This document shows, piece after piece, positions 39,695 to 49,422 of a stretch of 64,000 nt of DNA. Below the pieces are notes generated by a model that saw only the letters and a program-made list of their open reading frames with translations, searched no databases and was not told the DNA's origin. Source of the stretch: Pseudomonadota bacterium (GTDB taxonomy: Bacteria; Pseudomonadota; Alphaproteobacteria; Sphingomonadales; SMXR01); contig JACZSK010000002.1 in NCBI GenBank assembly GCA_022574255.1, positions 11,199 through 75,198 on the forward strand. Direction: 5' to 3'. Every line of letters starts with the position of its first letter. Position 1 is the first letter of the stretch. The position numbers and the translations under genes were made by a program.

Positions 39695-41248
39695 ATGGCT
39701 ACAAAGCGGATTGTGATTGTTGGTGGGGGTTCCGCAGGCTGGATCACAGCAGCTTATATGAATGCCGCCATGAATGTCGGTGGCCGCAAGGTCGTGGATA
39801 TCACCCTTATTGAATCGCCCGACGTGCCCCGAATCGCCGTCGGCGAGGCCACCGTGCCAACGATCCGCCAGGTCGTGCAGACGCTTGGTCTTGACGAAAT
39901 AGAATTCATGAAAGCGACCGATGCCACGTTTAAGCAGGGCATCAAATTTATCAACTGGCTGGACAATTACGGTGAGCAATTTTATCACCAGTTCAGCCGC
40001 TACAATCCGGACGCCGTCGACCAGTTTGGTATGGACTGGCTGAAAAGCGACAGGACCATTCCTTTCGCTGATACGGTATCCGCCCAACCCACACTTTGCG
40101 AAATGCATCTGTCGCCGAAGCTGCTCGGCCCCCAGCAGATGCAATTGCCAGTTACCTATGCCTATCACCTGAACGCACTGAAACTGGCCGACTATTTGCG
40201 CGACTTCGCGGTCGCCAGAGGCGTCACCCATCTTATGGACAACGTTACCAAAGTGGAGATGACCGAAGATGGGCGCATAGCCGCAGTCCAGACCCGGAAT
40301 GGCGAGCGCCATGAAGGAGATATCTTTGTCGATTGCACAGGGTTCGCCGCGCTACTGATCGAAAAAGAGCTGGATGTTGGCTGGGATGATTATTCGGACT
40401 GGCTGTTTTGCGACCGGGCCGTGGTGATGCAGGTGCCGTATGAAACCTTTTATCCCGGCTTTGTCCGCTCGGTTACCATGTCGACGGCCCTAAGTTCCGG
40501 ATGGGTCTGGGACATTCCGCTTATAAACCGCCGGGGCGTAGGCTATGTTTATTCCAGCAAATTCATCTCCGATGATGCGGCCGAAGCGGAACTCCGCCAA
40601 TACGAAGGAGCTCACGCGGACGATCTGTCTACGCGCATCGTTCCATTCAAGGTCGGACAGCGAAAAGAGACATGGGTTTCAAACTGCGTTGCGATCGGAC
40701 TGTCAGGGGGTTTTCTGGAGCCGCTGGAATCGACGGGGCTTTATCTGGCCCAGTTCGCTGCTCTTACTTTGGCCGAATATTTTCCGCATGACGGCGACAT
40801 GGAACCGCTGGCCGATCACTACAATACGATCATGTCAGACCGCTTCCACGAAATCCTTAATTTTTTAAATCTGCATTACTGCATGACGCGGCGAAGCGAT
40901 ACCGAGTTCTGGCAGGAGGTAGCCCGTCCGGAACGCATCCTGCCGTCGCTTCAGGAAAAGCTCGAATTCTGGAAAATCAAACCGCCATCGCGTGGTGATT
41001 TCAAGGACCAGTTTACGCTGTTTTCGTATCAAAACCACGAGCTCATCCTGTACGGCTTGGATTTCCTGAAGGATCACTATGCCGAGAAATACAATCACGA
41101 TCTCGCGGCTACCGAAATTCCGGAATTTATTGCCCGGCGCGTCGAAGGCATGCAAAGGCAATTGCCCCCGCATGAATTGTGGCTGCAGCAAAATCTCGGC
41201 ATGCCGGAGTATAATAAGCCAGGAAAATATGGATCGGTTTGGGATTAG
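39695..41248 (+). CDS. Flavin-dependent halogenase homologue, paralogue 2
   Basis: 517 aa with GGGSAGW, AVGEATVPT, ATDATFKQGIKFINW, GWVWDIPL and GGFLEPLESTG. Confidence 0.85.
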   Translation: MATKRIVIVGGGSAGWITAAYMNAAMNVGGRKVVDITLIESPDVPRIAVGEATVPTIRQVVQTLGLDEIEFMKATDATFKQGIKFINWLDNYGEQFYHQFSRYNPDAVDQFGMDWLKSDRTIPFADTVSAQPTLCEMHLSPKLLGPQQMQLPVTYAYHLNALKLADYLRDFAVARGVTHLMDNVTKVEMTEDGRIAAVQTRNGERHEGDIFVDCTGFAALLIEKELDVGWDDYSDWLFCDRAVVMQVPYETFYPGFVRSVTMSTALSSGWVWDIPLINRRGVGYVYSSKFISDDAAEAELRQYEGAHADDLSTRIVPFKVGQRKETWVSNCVAIGLSGGFLEPLESTGLYLAQFAALTLAEYFPHDGDMEPLADHYNTIMSDRFHEILNFLNLHYCMTRRSDTEFWQEVARPERILPSLQEKLEFWKIKPPSRGDFKDQFTLFSYQNHELILYGLDFLKDHYAEKYNHDLAATEIPEFIARRVEGMQRQLPPHELWLQQNLGMPEYNKPGKYGSVWD

Positions 41249-41277
41249 GGTAACTTGCCGCCAACAACTGTTAGCCG

Positions 41278-41312
41278 TTATTCATAGCCAGTAAACCGCG
41301 CAGTCCCGGCTC
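41278..41312 (-). pseudogene. Fossil 3' end of a sulfotransferase gene (relic of a segmental duplication)
   Basis: TTATTCATAGCCAGTAAACCGCGCAGTCCCGG aligns with the 3' end of the intact sulfotransferase at 42927-42960 (TTATTCATAGCCCAGTAAGTTCCGCAGTCCCGG), apart from a 1-nt indel. It occupies the same position relative to a halogenase stop codon. Confidence 0.6.
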
Positions 41313-41343
41313 CATACGGGGCTAAGCAGAAGGATAAATTCTT

Positions 41344-42897
41344 ATGACTCCAAAGCGCGTCGTTATAGTAGGTGGAGGCACTGCGGGCTGGGTCACGGCC
41401 TCGAATATGAATGGGGCGTTGAACAGGGACGGTCAAAAGGTTGTCGACATTACCCTGATCGAATCGCCGGATATCCCCCGTATCGCGGTGGGCGAGGCAA
41501 CGTTTCCGACGATTCACCAAATTCTGTTCAACCTTAGTCTCGATGAGACGGAGTTCATGAAGGCGACCGACGCCACCTACAAGCACAGCATCAAGTTCGC
41601 AAACTGGCTGTATAACGAGGGCGAGCATTATCACCACCAGTTCAGCCGCTATAACCCAGAGGCTGTGGATCACTATGGGGCGGACTGGCTAAAGAGTGAC
41701 AGGACAATTCTGTTTGCAGACACGGTTTCTGCTCAACCGGCGATTTGTGATCAACACCTGTCCCCCAAACTCATTGGTACCCGGCAATTTCAAAACCCTT
41801 TGACCTACGCGTTTCACTTGAACGCCCTGAAATTCGCCGATTATCTCAGAGACGTCGCTACGGCCAATGGCGTGACCCATCATCTTGAAAACATGACCGA
41901 AGTCGAAATGACCGATGACGGCAACATCGCCGCGGTAAATACAGACAGGGGCAATCGCTATGAAGCCGACCTGTTTATTGACTGCACCGGTTTCTCCGCG
42001 CTGCTGATCGAAAAAAAGTTGGGTATTGAATGGGATGATTTTTCGCAATGGCTACTCTGCGATCGCGCATTGGTGATGCAGGTGCCATATGAGACCTATT
42101 ATCCCGGTTTTGTCCGGTCTGGAACGATTGCCACCGCCCTGAACGCAGGGTGGATTTGGGATATCCCGCTGATTAACAGGCGCGGTGTCGGCTACGTCTA
42201 TTCCAGCCAGTTTATTTCAGACGATGAAGCGGAGCTCGAGTTACGGCGATATGAGGGAGCACATTCGGACGACCTGCCAACCCGCATCGTACCCTTCAAG
42301 GCGGGTTGTCGAAAGCAAACCTGGGCCAAGAATTGCGTGGCCATCGGTCTGTCAGGCGGTTTCCTCGAACCGCTGGAATCAACGGGTATTTACCTCGTGC
42401 AGCTTGCCGCTATGACGCTGGCGGAATTCTTCCCCCATCATGGTCACATGGAGGAGCTGGCGGACAAGTTCAATGGCCTCATGTCCGACCGTTTTGAAGA
42501 GATCCTCGGTTTCCTCAATATGCATTACTGCCTGACGCGGCGAACAGACACTGAGTTCTGGTTAGAAATAGCAAGGCCCGAGCGCATCCTGCCGGCGCTT
42601 CAGGAGAGGCTGGATCTGTGGAGAATCAAGCCGGTTTCGAAAGGTGATTTCAAGGATCTGTGCTCGGCATTTTCGTATCAGAATCATGAACTGGTCCTCT
42701 TTGGCATGGATTTCGCGCGCGACTATTACGCCGAGATATATGGTGATGACCTGTCAGCAGCGGAAATACCGGAAGTTATAGTGAAGCGCCTCGAGGGCAT
42801 GCAAAGGCAATTACCTCCGCATGAATTGTGGCTGCAACAGACGCTGGGCATGCCGGAGTATAAGAAGCCAAAACAACGTGGGTCGGTATGGGATTAG
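41344..42897 (+). CDS. Flavin-dependent halogenase homologue, paralogue 3
   Basis: 517 aa and collinear with paralogue 2, without gaps by eye. Motifs: GGGTAGW, ATDATYKHSIKFANW, GWIWDIPL, GGFLEPLESTG. Confidence 0.85.
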   Translation: MTPKRVVIVGGGTAGWVTASNMNGALNRDGQKVVDITLIESPDIPRIAVGEATFPTIHQILFNLSLDETEFMKATDATYKHSIKFANWLYNEGEHYHHQFSRYNPEAVDHYGADWLKSDRTILFADTVSAQPAICDQHLSPKLIGTRQFQNPLTYAFHLNALKFADYLRDVATANGVTHHLENMTEVEMTDDGNIAAVNTDRGNRYEADLFIDCTGFSALLIEKKLGIEWDDFSQWLLCDRALVMQVPYETYYPGFVRSGTIATALNAGWIWDIPLINRRGVGYVYSSQFISDDEAELELRRYEGAHSDDLPTRIVPFKAGCRKQTWAKNCVAIGLSGGFLEPLESTGIYLVQLAAMTLAEFFPHHGHMEELADKFNGLMSDRFEEILGFLNMHYCLTRRTDTEFWLEIARPERILPALQERLDLWRIKPVSKGDFKDLCSAFSYQNHELVLFGMDFARDYYAEIYGDDLSAAEIPEVIVKRLEGMQRQLPPHELWLQQTLGMPEYKKPKQRGSVWD

Positions 42898-42926
42898 AGG
42901 TGCCTGCCGTCGGCGAGCGTTAGTCC

Positions 42927-43715
42927 TTATTCATAGCCCAGTAAGTTCCGCAGTCCCGGAACCGTCATATCAACCATCTTCTTTTGAATATCCGGCAGTT
43001 CATCGGGAACCTCGACGACGACCCCGGTCAGGTTTTCACGGGCCGTTCCGCTTTGTTCGCGGTCAGACCCGACGCGCACGCGCTCGCGCCAGTCGTCCGG
43101 GACCGGGTCAATGCCGCAATCGTCGAACAATTGCAAAAAGAATTCTTCGGCTTCATCGCTGTCCAGGTTTGTCACATTTTCCACCAGGTTTTCAAATTTG
43201 ACAAGAACGGCCTTCGCCCCCAGCCATGAGACACAATTGTGCAGGTAAATTTCCTGCAGCATCGGCACCTTCCGATGAATGCCGAAAATCATCATATTCA
43301 ACAGCTCTTCCACGGTAATCCGGTTGTTTTTGATGTGATTGAGAGACCCCTGGAATTCATCGGACATAAAAAAGCGCGCCCGGGCCAGCACCCAGTCATA
43401 GGGATCGCGCGCCAGCAGGATCTGCCGCGTGTCCCTCAGAAACAGCGCGGATTCGTCCGAAAACAGTAAATGTCCCCAACTCAACGTCGGCTTATCCTTG
43501 TTCCAGGCAACCTTGTCAACCTTCATTGAGGGAATCTGGATGAAGCCGCTCTTGTAATGCTGATTGAGCGGCACGAACATCCGCATGATGTTGCGCATGA
43601 GGTGAGAACCGCTTTTTGGAACGCTGTTCAGGAACAGCGGCTGTTTTAACCTGTTATGCTCAAAATTCGCATTCTGCTCGTTCAGGTTATCCTTTTTGAG
43701 TTTGATCCTGGGCAT
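42927..43715 (-). CDS. Cytoplasmic sulfotransferase (PAPS-dependent type)
   Basis: 262 aa. NSVPKSGSHLMRN resembles the 5'-phosphosulfate-binding loop (PKxGTT-like). LLARDPYDWVLARARF resembles the 3'-phosphate-binding RDP.D..(S/A) motif. Confidence 0.65.
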   Translation of the reverse strand: MPRIKLKKDNLNEQNANFEHNRLKQPLFLNSVPKSGSHLMRNIMRMFVPLNQHYKSGFIQIPSMKVDKVAWNKDKPTLSWGHLLFSDESALFLRDTRQILLARDPYDWVLARARFFMSDEFQGSLNHIKNNRITVEELLNMMIFGIHRKVPMLQEIYLHNCVSWLGAKAVLVKFENLVENVTNLDSDEAEEFFLQLFDDCGIDPVPDDWRERVRVGSDREQSGTARENLTGVVVEVPDELPDIQKKMVDMTVPGLRNLLGYE

Positions 43716-43761
43716 AAACCGTTCACCTGTATTACTTTTTAGTTAACAAGAATCATCCGGC

Positions 43762-43795
43762 AAAAAAAGATGCGCCGACCAGAAGGCCGGCGCAT
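43762..43795 (-). terminator. Rho-independent terminator after TonB receptor 2
   Basis: Minus strand reads ATGCGCCGGCCTTCTGGTCGGCGCAT (GC-rich hairpin) followed by CTTTTTTTG, about 30 nt after the stop at 43827. Confidence 0.7.
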
Positions 43796-43826
43796 TCTAT
43801 CCCTTTTCCCGATTTACTCAACCAAA

Positions 43827-46800
43827 TCAGAATTTCTTTGTAACCTGGAAGAAGATTCGGCGACCTTCCCAATCATACTGGGAAAAGAAAGGCGACGCAC
43901 CCACCACATTGATGTTCGAGCCAACGTTTGATATCGATGGCGGATCCTTGGCGAAAAGGTTGGACACACCGAGCCTCGCCGTGAAACCGTTAGGCAATTC
44001 ACGGGCGAGCGAAACGTTGTGATAAAAGACAGCCGGGATTTCGATATCAATGTCATAATCAACCTCGGCGGGAAGGTCCGTAAAGAAAGTAACTGTGCTG
44101 CCGCCATTATCCTCGACATTAGAGGTACTGCCTACACCCCGGATTCCCCAGGTTCCCGACCACGGTCCCTTCGTTCCTGTGAAGATCAGGTTGCCGACCC
44201 ATTTCGGATCACCCGCCAGACCGTTCTTGTCTTCCGGAAAGCCGGTGAACAATTCGATCGAATCCTTGGTGGTGATCGTATGCTGGGTATCAATTCTCAA
44301 ATGGATCCCCCAGGGCAACTCGGTTTGGAATGTTGCGGCAATATCCACGCCCCGGTGTTTCTGGACCGCGATATTGACGAACTGGTCCCGCACCTGGGTA
44401 ACCGCACCGGGCAGTGGTTGATCCTGAGGCGTGCGAGTAAAGAGGTCGCACAACGGATCGGTCGGGAAGTTGGGCGAATCATAACAGCCGAAGACGATAT
44501 TTGCCCCCCCAAGCACCGTAACCTCATCCCTTATCTCGATCCGGAAATAATCGACCGAGATCTGAAGGTCAGCAAAACTCGGCGACCAGACAAAGCCTAT
44601 ATTCGATGAGGTCGAGGTTTCGGCTTCCAATGTGCCCAAACCACCGCCGGTGAGGACAGTACCGGTTATCGATGCGGTATGATCAAACGGAATTCCATCT
44701 GCAGCGCAGTTGTCCGCCTGCCTCTGAGTTATATTGCCATCACCCAGCCCTTGACCCCAGAGGAAGCAGGGATCAAGAAGTGATTGCCGCACTTGTGTGG
44801 CCTCGTCCTCCAGGAACAGCTCAAACAGCGCCGGTGTCCTGAAGGATGTGCCCCTTGTCGCCCTGATGCGAATCTCGGGCGTAACAGACCAATTCAGGCC
44901 AACCTTATAGGTCAACCCGTCGCCGGACAGGTTGACGTCGGTGTAGCGAACCGAAGCGCTCACCGAAAACCTTTCAATCAGTGGTTTGCCGACCAGCAAA
45001 GGGATATCAACCTCTGCAAATACCGCCCTGGTATTCTGTTCGCCCGCGGTGATGCGGGCGGCCCCCGAGCCCCACACGTTGCCGGCCTGGGCGGCGTCGC
45101 CCGGCGTATCGTTGAGGCTGTCGTGACGATAATGGACGCCAAACGCGGCACCTACCGGTCCGGCGGGCATATCAAACAGGTCGCCCGTCACCGCCGCGTC
45201 GAAAGAATATTGTTCGTAAACGGTTGTACCGGTTTCGTCAGCCAACAGGAAGTCACGCTCCGCCTGGGTGAGGTTACCCCGCATGTTCTCAGGGTTCAGC
45301 CAGTCGACATTCACGCATTGTATGTTGGCGATCACATTGCCGTCGACGTCAAGCCGGTCAAAATCCGCACAGCCGGCGCCCCCGAGACCAGTTCCTCCGC
45401 CCCATCCTACTGGGTTATTGGACCACACCGAATCATTCCAGATAAACTGGCCCCAGTATTCGGCATCCGACTTCGAAAATTGCCCGGAAACATCGAAATC
45501 CCAGCCCGATTCGCCGATGTTTCCCTTCAGGCCTGCTACGCCGCGGAAGTAATCGATTGTGTTGCTGTTATCGAAATGGTCGATAACCGGCGTCGGGCTG
45601 AACCATTGCGCGCCGGTCCAGCCGTCGGACAGCGGCCCGCCGGAATCCGGTGTCAGGTAATAATCATAGAAGTTGAAATTATCATTATAAATATATGACC
45701 AGTACTGCGCATAATGGTTCTCGTAATTTTCACGGCGATTGAAAAGTGCCTCGGCATACAGGGTCATATCGTTTGTGAGCTCGTACTCGCCCTCCGCCAT
45801 GATCGTGAATCGTTCGGTATAGGGGATCAGGGATTCTTCATCCTGGAAGGGATGATCAGAATCCTGGAGCGCCAGCGAGGCACGATCATAACCCACAGGG
45901 AACCAGCCCGGAGGCGTGTTCATATGGGTGGGATTGGCCGGGTCCGCCAAGTCGTTGACTGACGGCAGGCCCGCAGCAGCAAGAGCCCCGTCAAAATCAA
46001 ATTGAACAAGAGTTACCGGCTCCGGCAAGTTCGTTGTTCCGTCACCCTCGGGGTGGGTTCCTGCATAATCATAGGTCCAGACATGGCCCCACGACCAGTC
46101 TGAGCAGCGGAACTCGCCCGTCCTGGGATCAACCAAGTCAGCGCGTTCGCCGGTTTGCTGGTCAAAGATCTTGTTTTCGCCACAAGCGAAATAATCACGG
46201 TCGCCCTTGGCCAGTTCTTCCCTGCGGTAATAGTCGGCGGTAACGCGGAAATTGCCGCGGTCAAAAACCTTCCCGTACGACCCGCTGATGCGAAACTCCT
46301 CGCCACCACCTTTAAGGGGCACTGATCCGTAGGCGTCAAGCGTGCCGCCATCTTGTTTCTTGGTGATGATGTTGATAACGCCGGCAACGGCGTCCGACCC
46401 GTAAATCGACGAGGCGCCGTCTTTGAGAATCTCGATCCGCTCGATGACCGACAACGGCAATACGTTGAAGTCAAACGCCGAAACACTGCCGCGAATGCCG
46501 GCGGGACCCGCCCGGCGCCCGTTCAGCAGCACCAGCGTGCGGTTTGAGCCAAGGCCACGCAACGAAATCGTCTCCACCCCTGCACCGCCGGGCGTAGAGC
46601 CGCTGTTGTTGCCAAACGCCGTCGAGATGGCTGAAGTCAACTGGGGTGAGCCGGCCGCGATCGTCGTCGACCGCAGCAGCGAGGCAACATCAGAGAAACC
46701 AAGTGGCGCAGCCTCATCGGCAAAGATCACATCCATCGGCGCGGCGCTCTCAAAACCGCTTCTTTTGATCCGCGACCCGGTGACGACAACTTCTTCAATC

Positions 46801-46952
46801 ATGTCATCGTCTGCAGCCGCAGCGTCCTGGTCCTGCGCCATTGTCGGCACGGAAAGAACAAGGCTGCCGATCAGCGCGGTGCCACCGAGCAAGGCGGTCC
46901 GCCAATTACGTCGATCATCCTCGCCATCAAAGTCGTCATTAATCCTGGCCAT
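43827..46952 (-). CDS. TonB-dependent outer-membrane receptor, large (TBDR 2)
   Basis: 1041 aa with a signal peptide, a plug region (EEVVVTGSRIKRSGFESAAPMDVI) and a C-terminal ...RRIFFQVTKKF barrel terminus. Confidence 0.9.
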   Translation of the reverse strand: MARINDDFDGEDDRRNWRTALLGGTALIGSLVLSVPTMAQDQDAAAADDDMIEEVVVTGSRIKRSGFESAAPMDVIFADEAAPLGFSDVASLLRSTTIAAGSPQLTSAISTAFGNNSGSTPGGAGVETISLRGLGSNRTLVLLNGRRAGPAGIRGSVSAFDFNVLPLSVIERIEILKDGASSIYGSDAVAGVINIITKKQDGGTLDAYGSVPLKGGGEEFRISGSYGKVFDRGNFRVTADYYRREELAKGDRDYFACGENKIFDQQTGERADLVDPRTGEFRCSDWSWGHVWTYDYAGTHPEGDGTTNLPEPVTLVQFDFDGALAAAGLPSVNDLADPANPTHMNTPPGWFPVGYDRASLALQDSDHPFQDEESLIPYTERFTIMAEGEYELTNDMTLYAEALFNRRENYENHYAQYWSYIYNDNFNFYDYYLTPDSGGPLSDGWTGAQWFSPTPVIDHFDNSNTIDYFRGVAGLKGNIGESGWDFDVSGQFSKSDAEYWGQFIWNDSVWSNNPVGWGGGTGLGGAGCADFDRLDVDGNVIANIQCVNVDWLNPENMRGNLTQAERDFLLADETGTTVYEQYSFDAAVTGDLFDMPAGPVGAAFGVHYRHDSLNDTPGDAAQAGNVWGSGAARITAGEQNTRAVFAEVDIPLLVGKPLIERFSVSASVRYTDVNLSGDGLTYKVGLNWSVTPEIRIRATRGTSFRTPALFELFLEDEATQVRQSLLDPCFLWGQGLGDGNITQRQADNCAADGIPFDHTASITGTVLTGGGLGTLEAETSTSSNIGFVWSPSFADLQISVDYFRIEIRDEVTVLGGANIVFGCYDSPNFPTDPLCDLFTRTPQDQPLPGAVTQVRDQFVNIAVQKHRGVDIAATFQTELPWGIHLRIDTQHTITTKDSIELFTGFPEDKNGLAGDPKWVGNLIFTGTKGPWSGTWGIRGVGSTSNVEDNGGSTVTFFTDLPAEVDYDIDIEIPAVFYHNVSLARELPNGFTARLGVSNLFAKDPPSISNVGSNINVVGASPFFSQYDWEGRRIFFQVTKKF

Positions 46953-47190
46953 TATTTACAGCCTCCCTGGACTCACATCCTACTGCCCCAGCAAAATTGC
47001 AGAGTGTGAGCGACTTCAACACTGTTGGAGACGAGTAAAAAAAAGCCCCGAACACCAACCCTAACACCTTGGGCGCCAATTTATTGCGGCGCCTCATATT
47101 GTTATTTTTTCTGATCGCGGTGCTTCCCGTGTAACTTTATGATACCCCGCAGGCAAACACCGCAACTTAATTACACTGGCAGCCAGAACG

Positions 47191-47262
47191 GTCGTTTGTC
47201 AATGCAAAATAATAGTCGTTTGTCAATGCAAAATAATGGTCGTTTATCAATGCAAAATAATG
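47191..47262. repeat. Three head-to-tail 24-bp direct repeats (GTCGTTTGTCAATGCAAAATAATR)
   Basis: Units at 47191-47214, 47215-47238 and 47239-47262 differ at 1-2 positions only. They lie in the 556-bp gap between the halogenase 4 stop and the TBDR 2 start. Confidence 0.9.
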
Positions 47263-47508
47263 TGGGCACAAGATTTAGCCCTGGAAGATCAGACGGGCCG
47301 TCAAGGTGTATTTCAGCGACTAGCGAAGGAATACGAGATGACGACGCAATGACGTTCGTGGTTACCTAGTTCCCTCTCCCTGATCTGACACTTCTGCCAC
47401 ACGTTCTTGAGGGGCACTTAAGTCGGCGGGACCTGGTGCCGAACCGGCAGGCGGGCCAACCACGTCGTCGAGGATTTCGCGCATCTCCCGCCAGGAACGA
47501 GTCCTGGT

Positions 47509-49089
47509 TTATGAGCCCCGCGCCGGAGCCTTTCGAAAGCCTGTGCTGTAAGCGGTATCGACGAGCGCCCGATGATCGGGCAGGGCGGCCAGCCCGCCAC
47601 GCGCGAGGCTATCCAGCTCCAGCGAGCGTTGTCGCGCTTCCGGCCATCTGCGAAAGCGATGTTCCTGGTCGGCGAGATCGGGAAGGTAATCCATTCCGTA
47701 AAGAACCTGCAGGTGTCCGGCCAGGCCGAAAATGTTTGCATTGGCGGAGAATTCGAGCAGGCCGGGGACGCGGTAGCGCCAGCTTTCCAGTTTGTCCCTC
47801 AGCGTATCGGTCAGTGTTTCATCGCGCTGGTTGTCTATCCAGAAATCGGTGTCTGTGCGGCGGCTCAGCGCATAATGCAGTTTGATGAAGTCGATAATGT
47901 CAACGTAGGAATCATTCATCGCATCGTTAAATTGCTTGGCCGCCAGCGACATCTTCTCGGTCGGCGGAAAATAATCGACCAAATATCTGAGGGACACATC
48001 CAGGATATGGATCCCGGTCGATTCCAGGGGCTCAAGAAAGCCCGCTGACAGCCCTATTGAAACACAGTTTTTGAACCACTGCTGGCGCCTTAGGCCGGTG
48101 CGCATCTTTAGGCGCCGCATTTTGACGTTCGACGCTTGTTCACCGAGATAGCCGGCGAGCACTTCTTCTGCGCGCGCGTCGTCGGTATATCTGCTCGAAT
48201 AGACATATCCTGCACCGCGGCGGTCGCTGAGCGGGATATCCCATATCCAACCGTTTTCCTGCGCGGTGGCGATCGTGAATGGTGGAATCGCCTGCCCCGG
48301 ATCGGTGAACGGAATTTGGCAGGCTATTGCCCGGTCGCAAAAAATCTTATCCGAAAGGCTGTCAAAACCCACGCCCATCGCTTTTTCGATTATGTATGCT
48401 CCGAAACCTGTGCAATCGAGGTACAGGTCGGCGGTAAGTTCTCCATGTTCCTCGGTGTCCAAGGCGGCGATGGAGCCGTCCTCCGCCAGCCGGACATTCT
48501 TGACCGTGCCGACCAGGTGTTCGACTCCGCTTGCACATCCGACCTTTTTCAGCAGCCCGACAAGCAGCCCGGCGTCAAAGTGGTAGGCATACTGCATTGG
48601 TCCGCCGAATTGGAAGCCGTCGGTTTTTTTCGGGCCGCGGCCGGCGTCACAGATTCGTCCTTCGATCATCGAAAAATCAACGAAGCTCTTTCCTATGGAA
48701 TCGCGGGCGATGACCCAATAAGGCGCCATTAACTCCTGCAACTGCTGGCCGAATCGGCCCGCCTCGCCAAAGACATGATAATAACTGTCTGGTCGACCGC
48801 CAGCCTCCCTTCCCAGCCACTGGTCAAACCTGATTCCCAACTTGAAAGTGGCGGAGGTCGCCCGCATGAATTCGGCCTCATCCAGGCCCAGACTGGCGAT
48901 CACGGTCCTGACCGGGGGCACGGTCGCCTCGCCAACACCGACGGTTTCGATTTCACTGGATTCAATCAGCGTGATCCGCGGGCCATCCGGTTGGTCTGAG
49001 CCCAGATTCCGCGCCAGATAGGCAGCGGCAAGCCAACCCGAAGTGCCGCCGCCGACGATGACAATATGCTCGATCCTTGTCAAAAACAT
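47509..49089 (-). CDS. Flavin-dependent halogenase homologue, paralogue 4 (most divergent)
   Basis: Motifs: GGGTSGW, GVGEATVPP, ATSATFKLGIRFDQW, GWIWDIPL, AGFLEPLESTG. Start set at MFLTRIEHIVIVGGG. Confidence 0.8.
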   Translation of the reverse strand: MFLTRIEHIVIVGGGTSGWLAAAYLARNLGSDQPDGPRITLIESSEIETVGVGEATVPPVRTVIASLGLDEAEFMRATSATFKLGIRFDQWLGREAGGRPDSYYHVFGEAGRFGQQLQELMAPYWVIARDSIGKSFVDFSMIEGRICDAGRGPKKTDGFQFGGPMQYAYHFDAGLLVGLLKKVGCASGVEHLVGTVKNVRLAEDGSIAALDTEEHGELTADLYLDCTGFGAYIIEKAMGVGFDSLSDKIFCDRAIACQIPFTDPGQAIPPFTIATAQENGWIWDIPLSDRRGAGYVYSSRYTDDARAEEVLAGYLGEQASNVKMRRLKMRTGLRRQQWFKNCVSIGLSAGFLEPLESTGIHILDVSLRYLVDYFPPTEKMSLAAKQFNDAMNDSYVDIIDFIKLHYALSRRTDTDFWIDNQRDETLTDTLRDKLESWRYRVPGLLEFSANANIFGLAGHLQVLYGMDYLPDLADQEHRFRRWPEARQRSLELDSLARGGLAALPDHRALVDTAYSTGFRKAPARGS

Positions 49090-49422
49090 CCTCCAACAAA
49101 AGCGACCGCCCGTCGCAATTTGCATCCATTACTAGATACCGGCACATGCTTGGGAGCGCAAAGAGATTCCTTGCTTACCGATCACGCGCTCCTGTTTTGG
49201 GCGGTATTAATGGTCCTGATTCAAAGACTTAAGCTTTGGCGCGCCGGACAGGATAAAAATGAGAACTTTTCGGTGGCGGTTGTGCAGAGGGCCGCCAAAG
49301 CGTCAGATAGCAGTCAGAATATGATGGCAAAGTGGTTCGTCGATCAAGCCCGGAATGGGTCTGCCTCCAGCTAAAAGCCGACCCTTCCGGTTCCAAAGAT
49401 TTTGACGGGCCTCGCGGTGCAG

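Noticed and set aside
44784-45698. 304-aa plus-strand ORF
   Set aside because: It is antisense to TonB receptor 2, whose plug and barrel motifs are clear.
47191-47262. Possible CRISPR array
   Set aside because: The repeats are directly adjacent with no spacers, there are only three units, and no cas genes are present.
47139-47369. 76-aa ORF translating the 24-bp repeats as GRLSMQNN x3
   Set aside because: The period comes from the DNA repeat (24 bp equals 8 codons). The ORF has no Shine-Dalgarno sequence or start context and lies in an intergenic control region. A non-coding repeat is the simpler explanation.
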